A stretch of 64,000 nt of DNA. It comes from Rikenellaceae bacterium. Lineage in GTDB: Bacteria > Bacteroidota > Bacteroidia > Bacteroidales > Rikenellaceae. The notes under the pieces are model-generated. The model made no database searches. It was not told the origin of the DNA and saw nothing but the letters and a program-made list of their open reading frames with translations. A program made the position numbers and the translations under genes. Every line of letters starts with the position of its first letter. The first letter of the stretch is position 1. The stretch is taken from NCBI GenBank assembly GCA_015060075.1, contig SUZE01000007.1, positions 9,119 through 73,118 on the forward strand, written 5' to 3'. Positions 1 to 9,524 of the stretch are shown piece by piece.

Positions 1-1
1 G

Positions 2-634
2 CAGATGTCGGGCAAACAGTTGGTGCTTATCTCGGATAAACCGCCTGTGGAGTTAAAGGATATCGAGGAGCGACTTTTAACCCGTTTCAAGTGGGGATTG
101 TCGGCGGAAATTCGTGTTCCTGACTATGAAACAAAGGTTAAGATTATTCGTACAAAGGCTAATCAATTGAATGCCGATATTCCGGATGAAGTAGTTTGTT
201 ACTTGGCGGAGCATATTTCGGCTAATATCAGAGAGATAGAGGGTGCAATATCTTCGCTTATTGCTAATGCTACTTTTATGAATAAGCGCATCACTATTGC
301 TCTCGCAAAAGAGGTTTTGAAGGTCTATGTTTCGATGTATCAGAAGGAGATTACAATCGACCATATTATAGAGGTTGTATGTGCCGAAATGAATGTTGAT
401 AGAGAGCGCATGAACTCTTCGGAGCGTACCCGTGAGGTGGCTATTGCACGACAGTTGGCGATGTTCCTTGCGAAGAAGCATACAAAGCAGCCGCTTACAA
501 ATATCGGTGCAGCAATCGGAGGTCGTAACCATGCTACCGTATTGCACTCCTGCAAGACTATCTCCAACCTGATGGATACTGAAAAATTATTCCGTCAGCA
601 GGTCGAGCAGATAGAGAAACGACTATTGAGCTGA
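2..634 (+). CDS. dnaA: Chromosomal replication initiator DnaA, C-terminal part (5' end is outside the window)
   Basis: The frame is open to the left window edge. It carries DnaA-type motifs LISDKPP...LEERLLTRFKWGL and the domain IV DNA-binding segment REVAIARQLAMFLAKKHT..IGAAIGGRNHATVLHS. Confidence 0.93.
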   Translation, partial: QMSGKQLVLISDKPPVELKDIEERLLTRFKWGLSAEIRVPDYETKVKIIRTKANQLNADIPDEVVCYLAEHISANIREIEGAISSLIANATFMNKRITIALAKEVLKVYVSMYQKEITIDHIIEVVCAEMNVDRERMNSSERTREVAIARQLAMFLAKKHTKQPLTNIGAAIGGRNHATVLHSCKTISNLMDTEKLFRQQVEQIEKRLLS

Positions 635-660
635 TGAAAGTGTGGTGCTTAAAATTAAAA

Positions 661-690
661 TTGGAGTAGGAAACTACTCCAATTTTTTTT
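661..690 (+). terminator. Intrinsic terminator after dnaA
   Basis: A 9-bp stem ttggagtag/ctactccaa with a gaaa loop is followed by an 8-T run. Confidence 0.8.
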
Positions 691-692
691 CG

Positions 693-859
693 GAATTATA
701 TAGCTTAGTGTTGTAAACATAAACAAGAGTGTCATTGCGAGAGCCGATAGGCTCGTGGCAATCTCCACTATTTTTTTAATTACAAAGAGGGAGATTCCCA
801 CGCTCACGCTGTTCGCTCGGAATGACGATTTTTTTCTACAACACTAAACTATATAATTC
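693..859. repeat. Composite palindrome (MITE-like) made of two inverted GTCATTGCGAG..GGCAATCTCC units inside 23-bp inverted ends
   Basis: The left end gaattatatagcttagtgttgta matches the reverse complement of the right end tacaacactaaactatataattc at 22 of 23 positions. The inner units at 731-766 and 789-827 are inverted copies. A single unit recurs at 15936-15972. Confidence 0.75.
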
Positions 860-1049
860 AGATTTTTTTGCGTTAAATAGATGTTATCATTTTTTATAAA
901 AAATAAATCGCAAAATAGAGTTTGTTATTGAAAATTGTATTATCTTCGCACAGTAATTGCGGAAGTATAGAATTTACAATAAATATAAATTAATAATACT
1001 AAATATTTTAATAATTTTAACAATTTCAACCAATTAAATTAAAACTTTT

Positions 1050-3962
1050 ATGAAAGCAAGAAGATTTTTTGCATTTGTGGCCGGAGCAGCGATGCTTCTT
1101 GGCATTGGTGGTTGTACAGACCCTGATGAGGGTTTGAACGACTCGACCGAGGCGACTATCACAGTATCGCCTGAAACTATTGCAACTACATTGCAGGGAG
1201 AGGTAAAGGAGATTACCGTTACTTCGAACGCAGCTTGGGTTGTTACGTGCGACCAAGCAGATGTTACCATCGAGCCTATGGCAGGTGCTAAAAACGGTAC
1301 AGTTACCGTTACTATTCCCACTGTAACCACTGCTCGTAACTTCTCGATTAAGTTTGAGGCAAGCAAGCAGGCTTCAATGCAGGGTATTCCTTACACCTCG
1401 ACAGCCGAGGCCGCTGTTGCTGTATATCAGAACGAGGGTGGCGACACCAGCGTTGCAACCAATGTTAAGGAGGTGCGTGCGCTGTTGTCTGCATTGGAGG
1501 TTACTGAAACTAAAACAGACATCACCGATGAGCTCAAAGCGATGACTCTCACCGGTATCGTTGTGGCAGAGCCTAACGGAAATATGTCTAACGAGTACAC
1601 CATCAACGTTCAAGATGACTCAACAGAGGCTAATTCCGGACTTACCGTTTACAGCGTAGAGAACGCAAAGCAGTTGAAGAAGGGTGATGTTGTTAAGTTC
1701 TCGTTGGCAACTGCACAGTATCAATACTTCAAGGGTTTGTTGCAACTCGTTGCCGGTGCTTCGGTAGAGGTTGTAACAGAGGGCGTAGAGGTTAATCCTA
1801 TTGAGGTAGCAGTTGCAGACCTCAAGAACTACGAGGCGCAGTATGTGAAGGTTAGCGGTTTGACTCCTGCAAAGAGTGCAATCGGTAAGGCTTGGAACTC
1901 TACAACAGACGGTGTAAATGTTAATTTCACCACTGCAAATGGTGAGACTCTTATCGTTCGAGTAAACAAGGCTGCATCGTTTAAGAACGATATCGTTCCT
2001 GCAAAGAGTGGTGCACTTTGTGGTGTAATCAGCATCTACAACAACGATGTTCAGTTGATGCCGCAGTACGCAAGTGATATTCAACTTACCGAGGATGCTC
2101 CTGAATTGGAGGTTCAGGTTGTAACTATCGCCGAGATTACTAAGGCTGGTACATACAAGGTTGAAAACGCTTGGGTTGTAGGTTTCAATGGCAACGGTCC
2201 AATCTTCACCGATGCAAGCGGTGCTTACATCAACAGCTTTATTTACCAACACAACTACAAGACTATCGGTCAGAAGGTTACCATCGAGGGTGATGTAACA
2301 GTTCGTCAGGGTGGTTTCCAATTCGATGGTCCTACCGTTACACCATTGGAGGGTACTGAGGATGTTGTATATCCTGAAAATCCGACCGTATATGAGGGTG
2401 AGACAGTTGTTGCTCTTTGCGAGAAGTTCCTGAGTGGTGCTCACCTTGCAGAGTATGCTGCATTTAAGGGTGTTGCTGAGTATGATGGAACATACTACAA
2501 CCTCGTATTTGCAGGTCTTGATGGCAATAAGTATAAGGGCTCACTCTCTAAGACTCCGGATGCAAGTCTTGGTCTTGATAAGTTGAATGGCGTACCTGTT
2601 ACTTTGTACGGCTTCGTTGTAGATTATGGTGGTCAGTATTTGAGCATTGTTCCTACAAGCGTAGTAGAGGATAAGGACGCTGTTGTTCTTGCCGCTGATG
2701 CTATCACTAATGTTCCAAAGGACGGTGTAACTAATGCTACTCACGATATCACAGTTATTGGTATCGATGCTGTTACTACCGAGGTTGATGGTACTGTTGT
2801 AACTGCTGCTTCGGTTTCGGGCAATGTTTTGACCTACTCGGTATCGGCTAACACCGACAAGTCTCGCGAGGGTTGGATTAAGTTGAGCGCAGAGGGCGTA
2901 GAGACTGTAACCGTTGTTGTTAAGCAGTCGAGCGCACTCGCTTACAACTTTATGTCTGACGCTCCGTTTGTAGATTCTACCGGAAACTACAATGGCAACG
3001 CAAAGGTTAATGGCTCGATTGAGGTTAATGCAAGCGGTTTCAAGATTGGAACAGGTAAACTCTCTGGCTATTTCGCATCACAGCCGGTTGCAGTAGATGG
3101 CGACGTAACATTGGAGTTCTATGCAGTGGCATGGAAGGGCAAGAGCGCAACATTGTATGTTCGCAAGCAGGGCTCGACAGAGCTTCTTGGTCAGTTCATT
3201 TTGAAGGCAAATGATGGCGCAAACAATCAATCACCTTATACATTGACTCTTAATGACGACAACTACTACTCTGTAGCTGTTCCTGGCGTTGCTGCAAATA
3301 CCGTATTGGAGTTTGCAACAGATGCATCGTTTGGTAATGTTGATAACACTTCGAGTGGTCGTGCAATCGTTGTAGGCGTTCACCTCTTGGGTGGCACTCC
3401 ATCAACTCCTGATACTCCAGTTACTCCTGAGCCAGAGCCAGAACCAAATCCTGGTACACCGGAAGTAGATGGAAATGCATATCAGCTCACGCTTGCAGAT
3501 ATCAAATCAATCACTTATGCTACAGAGTGGGCGGCTTGGTCTACAACTGCCGGCGATGGCTCTGCTTGGAGTGGATTTGCATACAAGCAGACAAATTACT
3601 ATCAGTTTAGCTGGAAGAAGGATGTTGCTGCTACGGCAAATCAGAATCTTTCCCATATTCTTTGCCCTGAGGTTCCTGCTGGAAAGAAGATAACAAAGAT
3701 TACTATTACTCCGGACGCCACAACTACAAATGACCGTAAGTTTGTTGTATTGCCTGCAGATTTCGCTTACACAACAACTGTTGATGCTAACGCAACGGAG
3801 GCTGTTAATGCTGCTTATGCTGTTTCGGAGCCAACAGTAAAGAATTCGACTACACCAATCGTTATTGATTTGAGTGGCGTTGCAAACTTGCCACAGCAAG
3901 TGCAGATTCGTACTATACTTGGTGCTGCGTACGTTACAAATATTAAGGTTAGCTTCGAGTAA
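1050..3962 (+). CDS. Large surface lipoprotein with an N-terminal BACON-like domain and repeated OB-like (DUF5689-like) modules; function unknown, possibly nucleic-acid binding
   Basis: It has a lipoprotein signal (MKARRFFAFVAGAAMLLGIGGC). A BACON-like segment follows (ITVSPETIATTLQGEVKEITVTSNAAWVV). Repeated modules resemble the 9525-10958 product. A PEPEPEPNP linker is present. It is the first gene of a co-directional nuclease/TonB cluster. Confidence 0.6.
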   Translation: MKARRFFAFVAGAAMLLGIGGCTDPDEGLNDSTEATITVSPETIATTLQGEVKEITVTSNAAWVVTCDQADVTIEPMAGAKNGTVTVTIPTVTTARNFSIKFEASKQASMQGIPYTSTAEAAVAVYQNEGGDTSVATNVKEVRALLSALEVTETKTDITDELKAMTLTGIVVAEPNGNMSNEYTINVQDDSTEANSGLTVYSVENAKQLKKGDVVKFSLATAQYQYFKGLLQLVAGASVEVVTEGVEVNPIEVAVADLKNYEAQYVKVSGLTPAKSAIGKAWNSTTDGVNVNFTTANGETLIVRVNKAASFKNDIVPAKSGALCGVISIYNNDVQLMPQYASDIQLTEDAPELEVQVVTIAEITKAGTYKVENAWVVGFNGNGPIFTDASGAYINSFIYQHNYKTIGQKVTIEGDVTVRQGGFQFDGPTVTPLEGTEDVVYPENPTVYEGETVVALCEKFLSGAHLAEYAAFKGVAEYDGTYYNLVFAGLDGNKYKGSLSKTPDASLGLDKLNGVPVTLYGFVVDYGGQYLSIVPTSVVEDKDAVVLAADAITNVPKDGVTNATHDITVIGIDAVTTEVDGTVVTAASVSGNVLTYSVSANTDKSREGWIKLSAEGVETVTVVVKQSSALAYNFMSDAPFVDSTGNYNGNAKVNGSIEVNASGFKIGTGKLSGYFASQPVAVDGDVTLEFYAVAWKGKSATLYVRKQGSTELLGQFILKANDGANNQSPYTLTLNDDNYYSVAVPGVAANTVLEFATDASFGNVDNTSSGRAIVVGVHLLGGTPSTPDTPVTPEPEPEPNPGTPEVDGNAYQLTLADIKSITYATEWAAWSTTAGDGSAWSGFAYKQTNYYQFSWKKDVAATANQNLSHILCPEVPAGKKITKITITPDATTTNDRKFVVLPADFAYTTTVDANATEAVNAAYAVSEPTVKNSTTPIVIDLSGVANLPQQVQIRTILGAAYVTNIKVSFE

Positions 3963-3974
3963 CCATTTCATAAT

Positions 3975-4001
3975 CCAAGGCAGGCTGATTACCTGCCTTG
4001 G
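3975..4001 (+). terminator. Hairpin after the 970-aa lipoprotein gene (weak T tract)
   Basis: A 10-bp stem ccaaggcagg/cctgccttgg with a 7-nt loop lies 13 nt after the stop codon. Confidence 0.45.
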
Positions 4002-4034
4002 GTACAAAATTATTTACGCTGCAATAGAGAAATT

Positions 4035-4130
4035 AGGGAATATAAGGAATATAGCGATGTGCCAATCCTTAAATTCATTAAACTCCTTAAACTCACTAAA
4101 TTCATTAAAAAAGCCAATGGCTAATAGCCA
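4035..4130. repeat. Intergenic short-word tandem repeats (ggaatata x2; ccttaaa/tcattaaa words; gccaatggctaatagcc)
   Basis: Read directly from ccttaaattcattaaactccttaaactcactaaattcattaaaa. It belongs to a window-wide class of 6-10-bp word stutters. Confidence 0.6.
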
Positions 4131-4169
4131 AAAAATATTTTGAAGAACTTGAAAAACATACTCTCCGCT

Positions 4170-5402
4170 ATGCAGGGCATCAACCACAAGATTATGATTG
4201 TGTTGGTGCTTGTACTCGCTTTTACGGCTTGCGAGGAGGTTGATGACACTTGGTCGCCATATAAATCGAGTGCAACACTTCGAGATAGCCGTATCACATT
4301 CCGAGGTTACTCAATATCAGGCTACACATATGGTGACCCAGCGCTCACTTGGAGTTTACAAGTGGTAAAGGGTGCGGATTTCTGCAAGCCCGTTGCAAGT
4401 GCCGGCTTTGTAGGTAGTTCGTTCTCGTTGCATTTCTCTGAGAACAAAGGGGATTCGGACCGTATCGCAGAGGTGCGTATTACGTTTAGTGATGGTTACA
4501 CAAATAGTTTTGTAATACGCCAGCTCGTCATAACCGAACATCCGGATTATGACCTCGCTTGGGCAGAGCAACCCGAGTACAAAGAGGGTGGAGAGTTGGC
4601 ACACAAGACATATTTCACGACTACGATGAGTGGCGAGGTGGTACGAAACTACTCGGTATGCTACGACACCGACAATCTCGTGGCTCGTTGGGTGGCATAT
4701 CCCGTACACTCGATGTATATGCAGCGTGGTAGTTACAAGGCGAAGAATAGCAACGGTCGCACCGATGCGTGGGCGTTCGATGATGCGGTGTGCGAATATT
4801 CGGCGAATGGAGGGTATCGTGTTGTGCGTTACGACTATACCGACCCTGTAATTCCGCAGTCGCAGCAGTGGCAGGCGACATCAACATACGGTAGCGGTTA
4901 TGCACGAGGTCATATCCTACCTTCGGCATCGCGATACAACACCTTCAACACCAATGCGCAGACCTTCTATTCGACCAACATTATGCCGCAGGCGTACGAT
5001 TTCAATGGCGGCTCGTGGGTAACGATTGAGGGTAAGGTGCGTGGTTGGTCGTGTGCGGACACGCTATTTGTCGTTACAGGAACGCTGCTCGAAAGCACCA
5101 ATACACTGTCGAAGAGTGGTCGCACGGTAAGAGTGCCTTCGCACTGCTATAAACTTGTTTTGCGCACGAAGAGTGGCAACACCCGCAAACATATTAGCGA
5201 TATCACCTCGGCAGACGAGCTGAAATGTATCGGCTTCCTCTATGAGAACGATAACTCGGAGAAGAATACAACCCCTGCACAAGCTGCCGTATCGGTTGCA
5301 GAGATAGAACGCCGTTCGGGCTTTAAGTTCTTCCGCAACCTAAACCCTGCGATTGCCGATAAGGTGAAGGCACAGAAGAATTTGAAAGATTGGGGGTTAT
5401 AA
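4170..5402 (+). CDS. Secreted lipoprotein DNA/RNA non-specific endonuclease (Serratia NucA / Endonuclease_NS type) with an N-terminal BACON-like domain
   Basis: The ATG at 4170 gives MQGINHKIMIVLVLVLAFTAC. The active-site block is GYARGHILPSASR, followed by TNIMPQAYDFNGGSW. The 4140 start in the ORF track is a TTG. Confidence 0.85.
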   Translation: MQGINHKIMIVLVLVLAFTACEEVDDTWSPYKSSATLRDSRITFRGYSISGYTYGDPALTWSLQVVKGADFCKPVASAGFVGSSFSLHFSENKGDSDRIAEVRITFSDGYTNSFVIRQLVITEHPDYDLAWAEQPEYKEGGELAHKTYFTTTMSGEVVRNYSVCYDTDNLVARWVAYPVHSMYMQRGSYKAKNSNGRTDAWAFDDAVCEYSANGGYRVVRYDYTDPVIPQSQQWQATSTYGSGYARGHILPSASRYNTFNTNAQTFYSTNIMPQAYDFNGGSWVTIEGKVRGWSCADTLFVVTGTLLESTNTLSKSGRTVRVPSHCYKLVLRTKSGNTRKHISDITSADELKCIGFLYENDNSEKNTTPAQAAVSVAEIERRSGFKFFRNLNPAIADKVKAQKNLKDWGL

Positions 5403-5470
5403 AAACGGAAAACTAAAAAAATATAATAATCAGCTAATGGCTAATGGCTAAAAGCTAAAAGCAAAAAAAC

Positions 5471-6502
5471 ATGAAAAGAGCACTTTTATCTATTTTGTGC
5501 GTGTCGGCAATGCTGATTGCATTTGCGCAGAAACCTTACAAGGTGGTTTTCTACAACCTTGAAAACCTTTTCGACACCATCAATGACCCTAACAAAAATG
5601 ACGAGGAGTATCTCCCTAATGGTGAGCGTAAGTGGACAACTTATCGCTATAACCAAAAGTTGGCAAACATGTCGCGCGTATTGTTTGACATCGCTGCCGA
5701 AGACAAAAATTTCCCTGCCGTAATCGGTGTGTCGGAGATTGAGAACCGCCTCGTATTGGAGGATTTGTTGGCAACACCGAAGTTGGCAAAGGCGAACTAT
5801 CGTATTGTTCACTATGATTCGCCTGACCGCCGAGGAGTCGATTGTGCTTTCTTCTATCGCCCCGACAAATTCAAGTTGGAGGGCTCGGAGGCGCATCGTA
5901 TATCGTTCCCTGGTCAGCCAAACTTCCTCACCCGTGACCTCGTAGCAATGTGGGGCAAGATTGGGGGCGAGCCATTCTACTTTATCGTGTCGCACTGGCC
6001 ATCACGCCTCGGAGGTAAAGAGCGTTCACAGCACTCGCGCGACTTTGTTGCTGCAAAGTGTAAGCACATCTGCGACTCGGTACGCACTGCAAACCCTGCA
6101 ACCAAAGTTGTGATTATGGGCGACTTCAACGATGATGCTACCGACAAGAGCGTTACCGATGTGCTTGGTGCAAAGGGCTCAATGAAGAAGTTGCAGCCGA
6201 CAGATATGTACAACCCATTCTACGCAATGTACAAGGCGGGCTATGGTACTTTGGGCTATCGTGATGCTTGGAACTTGTTCGATAATATCGTAGTGTCGGA
6301 GAACTTGGCAACAGGCTCGACCGGTGCTTTGAAGATTCAGAAGAAGCAGGGTGCAAAGTTCCATGGAAATATCTTCAACCGTTCATATATGATACAGCAG
6401 GAGGGACAATACAAGAACTATCCGTTGCGTTCGTTCGTAGGCTCGAACTTCCAGAACGGATATAGCGACCACTTCCCTGTATATATCTATATCTCGAAAT
6501 AA
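5471..6502 (+). CDS. Secreted endonuclease/exonuclease/phosphatase (EEP) family protein
   Basis: A signal peptide is followed by the EEP hallmarks VVFYNLENLFD, GVSEIEN, VIMGDFND and the C-terminal SDHFPV. Confidence 0.85.
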   Translation: MKRALLSILCVSAMLIAFAQKPYKVVFYNLENLFDTINDPNKNDEEYLPNGERKWTTYRYNQKLANMSRVLFDIAAEDKNFPAVIGVSEIENRLVLEDLLATPKLAKANYRIVHYDSPDRRGVDCAFFYRPDKFKLEGSEAHRISFPGQPNFLTRDLVAMWGKIGGEPFYFIVSHWPSRLGGKERSQHSRDFVAAKCKHICDSVRTANPATKVVIMGDFNDDATDKSVTDVLGAKGSMKKLQPTDMYNPFYAMYKAGYGTLGYRDAWNLFDNIVVSENLATGSTGALKIQKKQGAKFHGNIFNRSYMIQQEGQYKNYPLRSFVGSNFQNGYSDHFPVYIYISK

Positions 6503-6523
6503 TACATATATTAAATAAAAGGT

Positions 6524-9496
6524 ATGAAACTGAAATTTTTACTTATTGCAACGATGACGCTGCTCGTTTCGACCGTCTTTGCACAAGAGAACGGTTTGAA
6601 GGGTAGGGTGTTGTCACGAAACGGCAGAGCAGCCGTTGGAAATGCTGCGGTAACGATTGCGGGAACCGACTTTAAGGCTACAACCAATGACGAAGGTTAC
6701 TTCGAGTTGAAAGGTGTGCCTGCCGGTGACTACAAAATCTCGTTTACTGCTCCCGAATTTGAAAACCTCGATATCGTGGTTAAGGTTGAGAATGGCGTGA
6801 AGGATATCAATGCCGTGATAGTTGTGCCAAAGGCCATTCAGGGCGAGGTACTTGACGATGCAATCTTTGCGGAGTTCGATAACGACTCTTCGGCATCGGA
6901 TACTCAGGCGTTGCCATCATCACTCTCGGCATCGAAGGACCTCTACAACAATATTGCATCGTACCGATTCAGCGAGATGCGTTTCAATGTGCGTGGATAC
7001 GACTCGAAATATACCGATGTATATCTCAACGGTATCCGTTTCAACGATGCTTTGACAGGCTATGGTCCTTGGTCCTTGTGGAGTGGTATGAACGATGCAA
7101 CCCGTAACCAGGAGAGCACCGCAGGTTTGACCGCTACCGAGTATGGTATTGGTGGTTTTGGCGGTACAACCAACATCAACGCTCGTGCATCGCAGATGCG
7201 TAAGGGCTTCCGTGCAAGTGTGTCGGGTGGTAATCAAATGTACAACTTCCGTGCGATTTTGTCGTATGCTTCGGGTATGCTCGATAGCGGTTGGTCGTAC
7301 GCCTTCTCGGTATCGACTCGTCAGGGAGGTAATGGCTATGTTGATGGTGTATATTACAACTCTTACGGCTACTTCGCAGCTGTTGAGAAGCAGTTTAACC
7401 CACAGCACCGACTCTCGTTGATGGTCTTGGGTACTCCGCAGCAGCGTGGTGCACAGCAGGCATCGACACAGGAGGCTTACGATATGTTCGGTAGCAACTA
7501 CTACAACCCGAATGTAGGTATTCAGGATGGAAAACTTCGCAATACCCGTGTTCGCCGTTCGCACGAGCCTATTGTGATGTTGAACTACTACTACGACATC
7601 AGCGAGAAGACTCGCTTAATCGCTGCTACATCGGTGCGTTTTGGTTTTAATGGCTACTCGGCAATGACTTGGAAAGATGGCGCAGACCCTCGTCCTGACT
7701 ACTATCGCTACTTGCCATCGAACTATACAACTCAAATCCTCACCGAGAATGGTTTCGCACAATGGCTTACCAAAGATGGTGGTGCAAATATGAGCGAGTT
7801 GAGCAACCTCGGACTTGTTGATGAGGCTCTAATTGCTTTGCGCAATGGTACTCCAAGCGTAGCAATTCCTGGTATCTTTAATCCTTCGAGTGATGACCAG
7901 ATTCTCTCCTATTTGCAGGGTGCAGCATCTGCTCGTTCGATTTGGAACGGTCGTATTGACTTCGATAATATGATTAACTCGAATAAGAACGGCACAACCT
8001 CGCCATACGCACAGGGACACCGTTCTAACTACATTATCGAGGAGCGTCACACTGACCAAATCGACTATAATTTTGTGGCGAATATCTCGCACGACTTTAA
8101 TGCAAACCACCATCTCCTCGGAGGAGTCAAGGCTCGTGTAAACCGTACCGAGTACTATGATAAAATCAAGGATTTGCTTGGTGGCGATTTCTGGGTAGAT
8201 GTCGATAAGTTTGCAGAGCGTGATATGGGTAGTGACCCTGTGAAGTATCAGAACGACCTCGACTACTACAATGAGCATGGTCACGCACGCATTGTTCGCG
8301 AGGGCGATAAATTCTCGTACGACTACTATGCACATGTGCGTCAGGCGCAGTTATGGGCTATGTACCAATATCGTACAGGCGGTTTCGAGATGAATGTAGG
8401 TGGAGAGGTCGGCTATGCAGGCATGTGGCGTCATGGTTTGTGGCGCAAGGGATTATTCGTAGATAACTCGAAGGGCGATTCCGAGCATTTGAACTTCTTG
8501 ACTTACAAGGCAAAGGCTACATTCTCGTACCGTTTCTCGCAGGCGCACCACTTGGCATTGAATGTTGGTGCTGTGCAAGATGCTCCGACCTTCAATTCGG
8601 CATTTGTTTCGCCTCGTACTCGTAATACCGTAACTCCTGGTTTGACACCTGAGCAGGCATATAGCGCAGAGTTGGTATATAACCTCAATTTGCCATACAT
8701 TCAGGCTCGTGTAGCGGGTTACTTTACCGAGATGACAAACGGCTCGAAGGTTATTTCGTTCTATGATGATACGCAGTCATCGTTCACCAACTTTGCGATG
8801 AGTAATATCGACAAGCGTTATATGGGTGTCGAGGTTGCAGTGCGTGTTCCAATCTGGAATGGCTTGGCATTGCAGGGTGCTTTGAACTATGGTGATTACC
8901 GCTATACATCGAATCCTAACTTTGTGCAGACCGTAGATAACAGCAACAAGATTAAGTTGATGGATAAGGTCTATTGGAAGGGCTACTATGTGGAGAGCAC
9001 ACCACAATTTGCTGTCAATGTAGGTCTTGACTTCCGTGGTCCGAAGAATTGGTTTGCTTCGATTAACTTCAACTACTATGATAAGTTGTACCTCTCGATG
9101 AACCCTGCATACCGTACCAACAATGCAGTAGAGCCTTATGTTAAGGTATTTACAAATACCAAAAACGCCATCGAACAACGCGCTTGGGCAGCAGGCGAGA
9201 TTTCGAAGATGCGTGCCGAGGAGGAGTTGGGTAGTGCCTACACTTTAGCTGCAAGTATCGGTAAGAACTGGTATATCAAACGCAAGTATACTCTCGGATT
9301 CTCGGCAGAGGTTAAGAATATCCTGAATAATCAGGGCTTCCGTACAGGCGGTTACGAGCAGATGCGTATGCGTAAGGTGCGTGGTATGTTGCCTGGACAG
9401 ACCAACCCATCAACAACTTACTATACACACTTCGATGCAAAGTACTTCTATCTGCTGGGTACAACATGCTTCGTAAATGTATATTTCCGTTTCTAA
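6524..9496 (+). CDS. TonB-dependent outer-membrane receptor with an N-terminal carboxypeptidase-regulatory-like domain
   Basis: A signal peptide is followed by a CarboxypepD_reg-like segment (GRVLSRNGRAAVGNAAVTIAGTDFKATTNDEGYFELKGVPAGDYKISF). The plug motif is RGYDSKYTDVYLNGIRFND. The roughly 990-aa barrel ends in the aromatic sequence YFRF. Confidence 0.88.
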   Translation: MKLKFLLIATMTLLVSTVFAQENGLKGRVLSRNGRAAVGNAAVTIAGTDFKATTNDEGYFELKGVPAGDYKISFTAPEFENLDIVVKVENGVKDINAVIVVPKAIQGEVLDDAIFAEFDNDSSASDTQALPSSLSASKDLYNNIASYRFSEMRFNVRGYDSKYTDVYLNGIRFNDALTGYGPWSLWSGMNDATRNQESTAGLTATEYGIGGFGGTTNINARASQMRKGFRASVSGGNQMYNFRAILSYASGMLDSGWSYAFSVSTRQGGNGYVDGVYYNSYGYFAAVEKQFNPQHRLSLMVLGTPQQRGAQQASTQEAYDMFGSNYYNPNVGIQDGKLRNTRVRRSHEPIVMLNYYYDISEKTRLIAATSVRFGFNGYSAMTWKDGADPRPDYYRYLPSNYTTQILTENGFAQWLTKDGGANMSELSNLGLVDEALIALRNGTPSVAIPGIFNPSSDDQILSYLQGAASARSIWNGRIDFDNMINSNKNGTTSPYAQGHRSNYIIEERHTDQIDYNFVANISHDFNANHHLLGGVKARVNRTEYYDKIKDLLGGDFWVDVDKFAERDMGSDPVKYQNDLDYYNEHGHARIVREGDKFSYDYYAHVRQAQLWAMYQYRTGGFEMNVGGEVGYAGMWRHGLWRKGLFVDNSKGDSEHLNFLTYKAKATFSYRFSQAHHLALNVGAVQDAPTFNSAFVSPRTRNTVTPGLTPEQAYSAELVYNLNLPYIQARVAGYFTEMTNGSKVISFYDDTQSSFTNFAMSNIDKRYMGVEVAVRVPIWNGLALQGALNYGDYRYTSNPNFVQTVDNSNKIKLMDKVYWKGYYVESTPQFAVNVGLDFRGPKNWFASINFNYYDKLYLSMNPAYRTNNAVEPYVKVFTNTKNAIEQRAWAAGEISKMRAEEELGSAYTLAASIGKNWYIKRKYTLGFSAEVKNILNNQGFRTGGYEQMRMRKVRGMLPGQTNPSTTYYTHFDAKYFYLLGTTCFVNVYFRF

Positions 9497-9524
9497 AAGT
9501 CAAACCGAAAAGAGAGAAAAGATT

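Noticed and set aside
860-1049. A possible oriC in the AT-rich region next to dnaA.
   Set aside because: I found no TTATCCACA-type DnaA boxes or clustered near-matches by eye between 635 and 1049. AT-richness alone is not enough. Only the 3' end of dnaA is in the window, so its upstream side cannot be examined.
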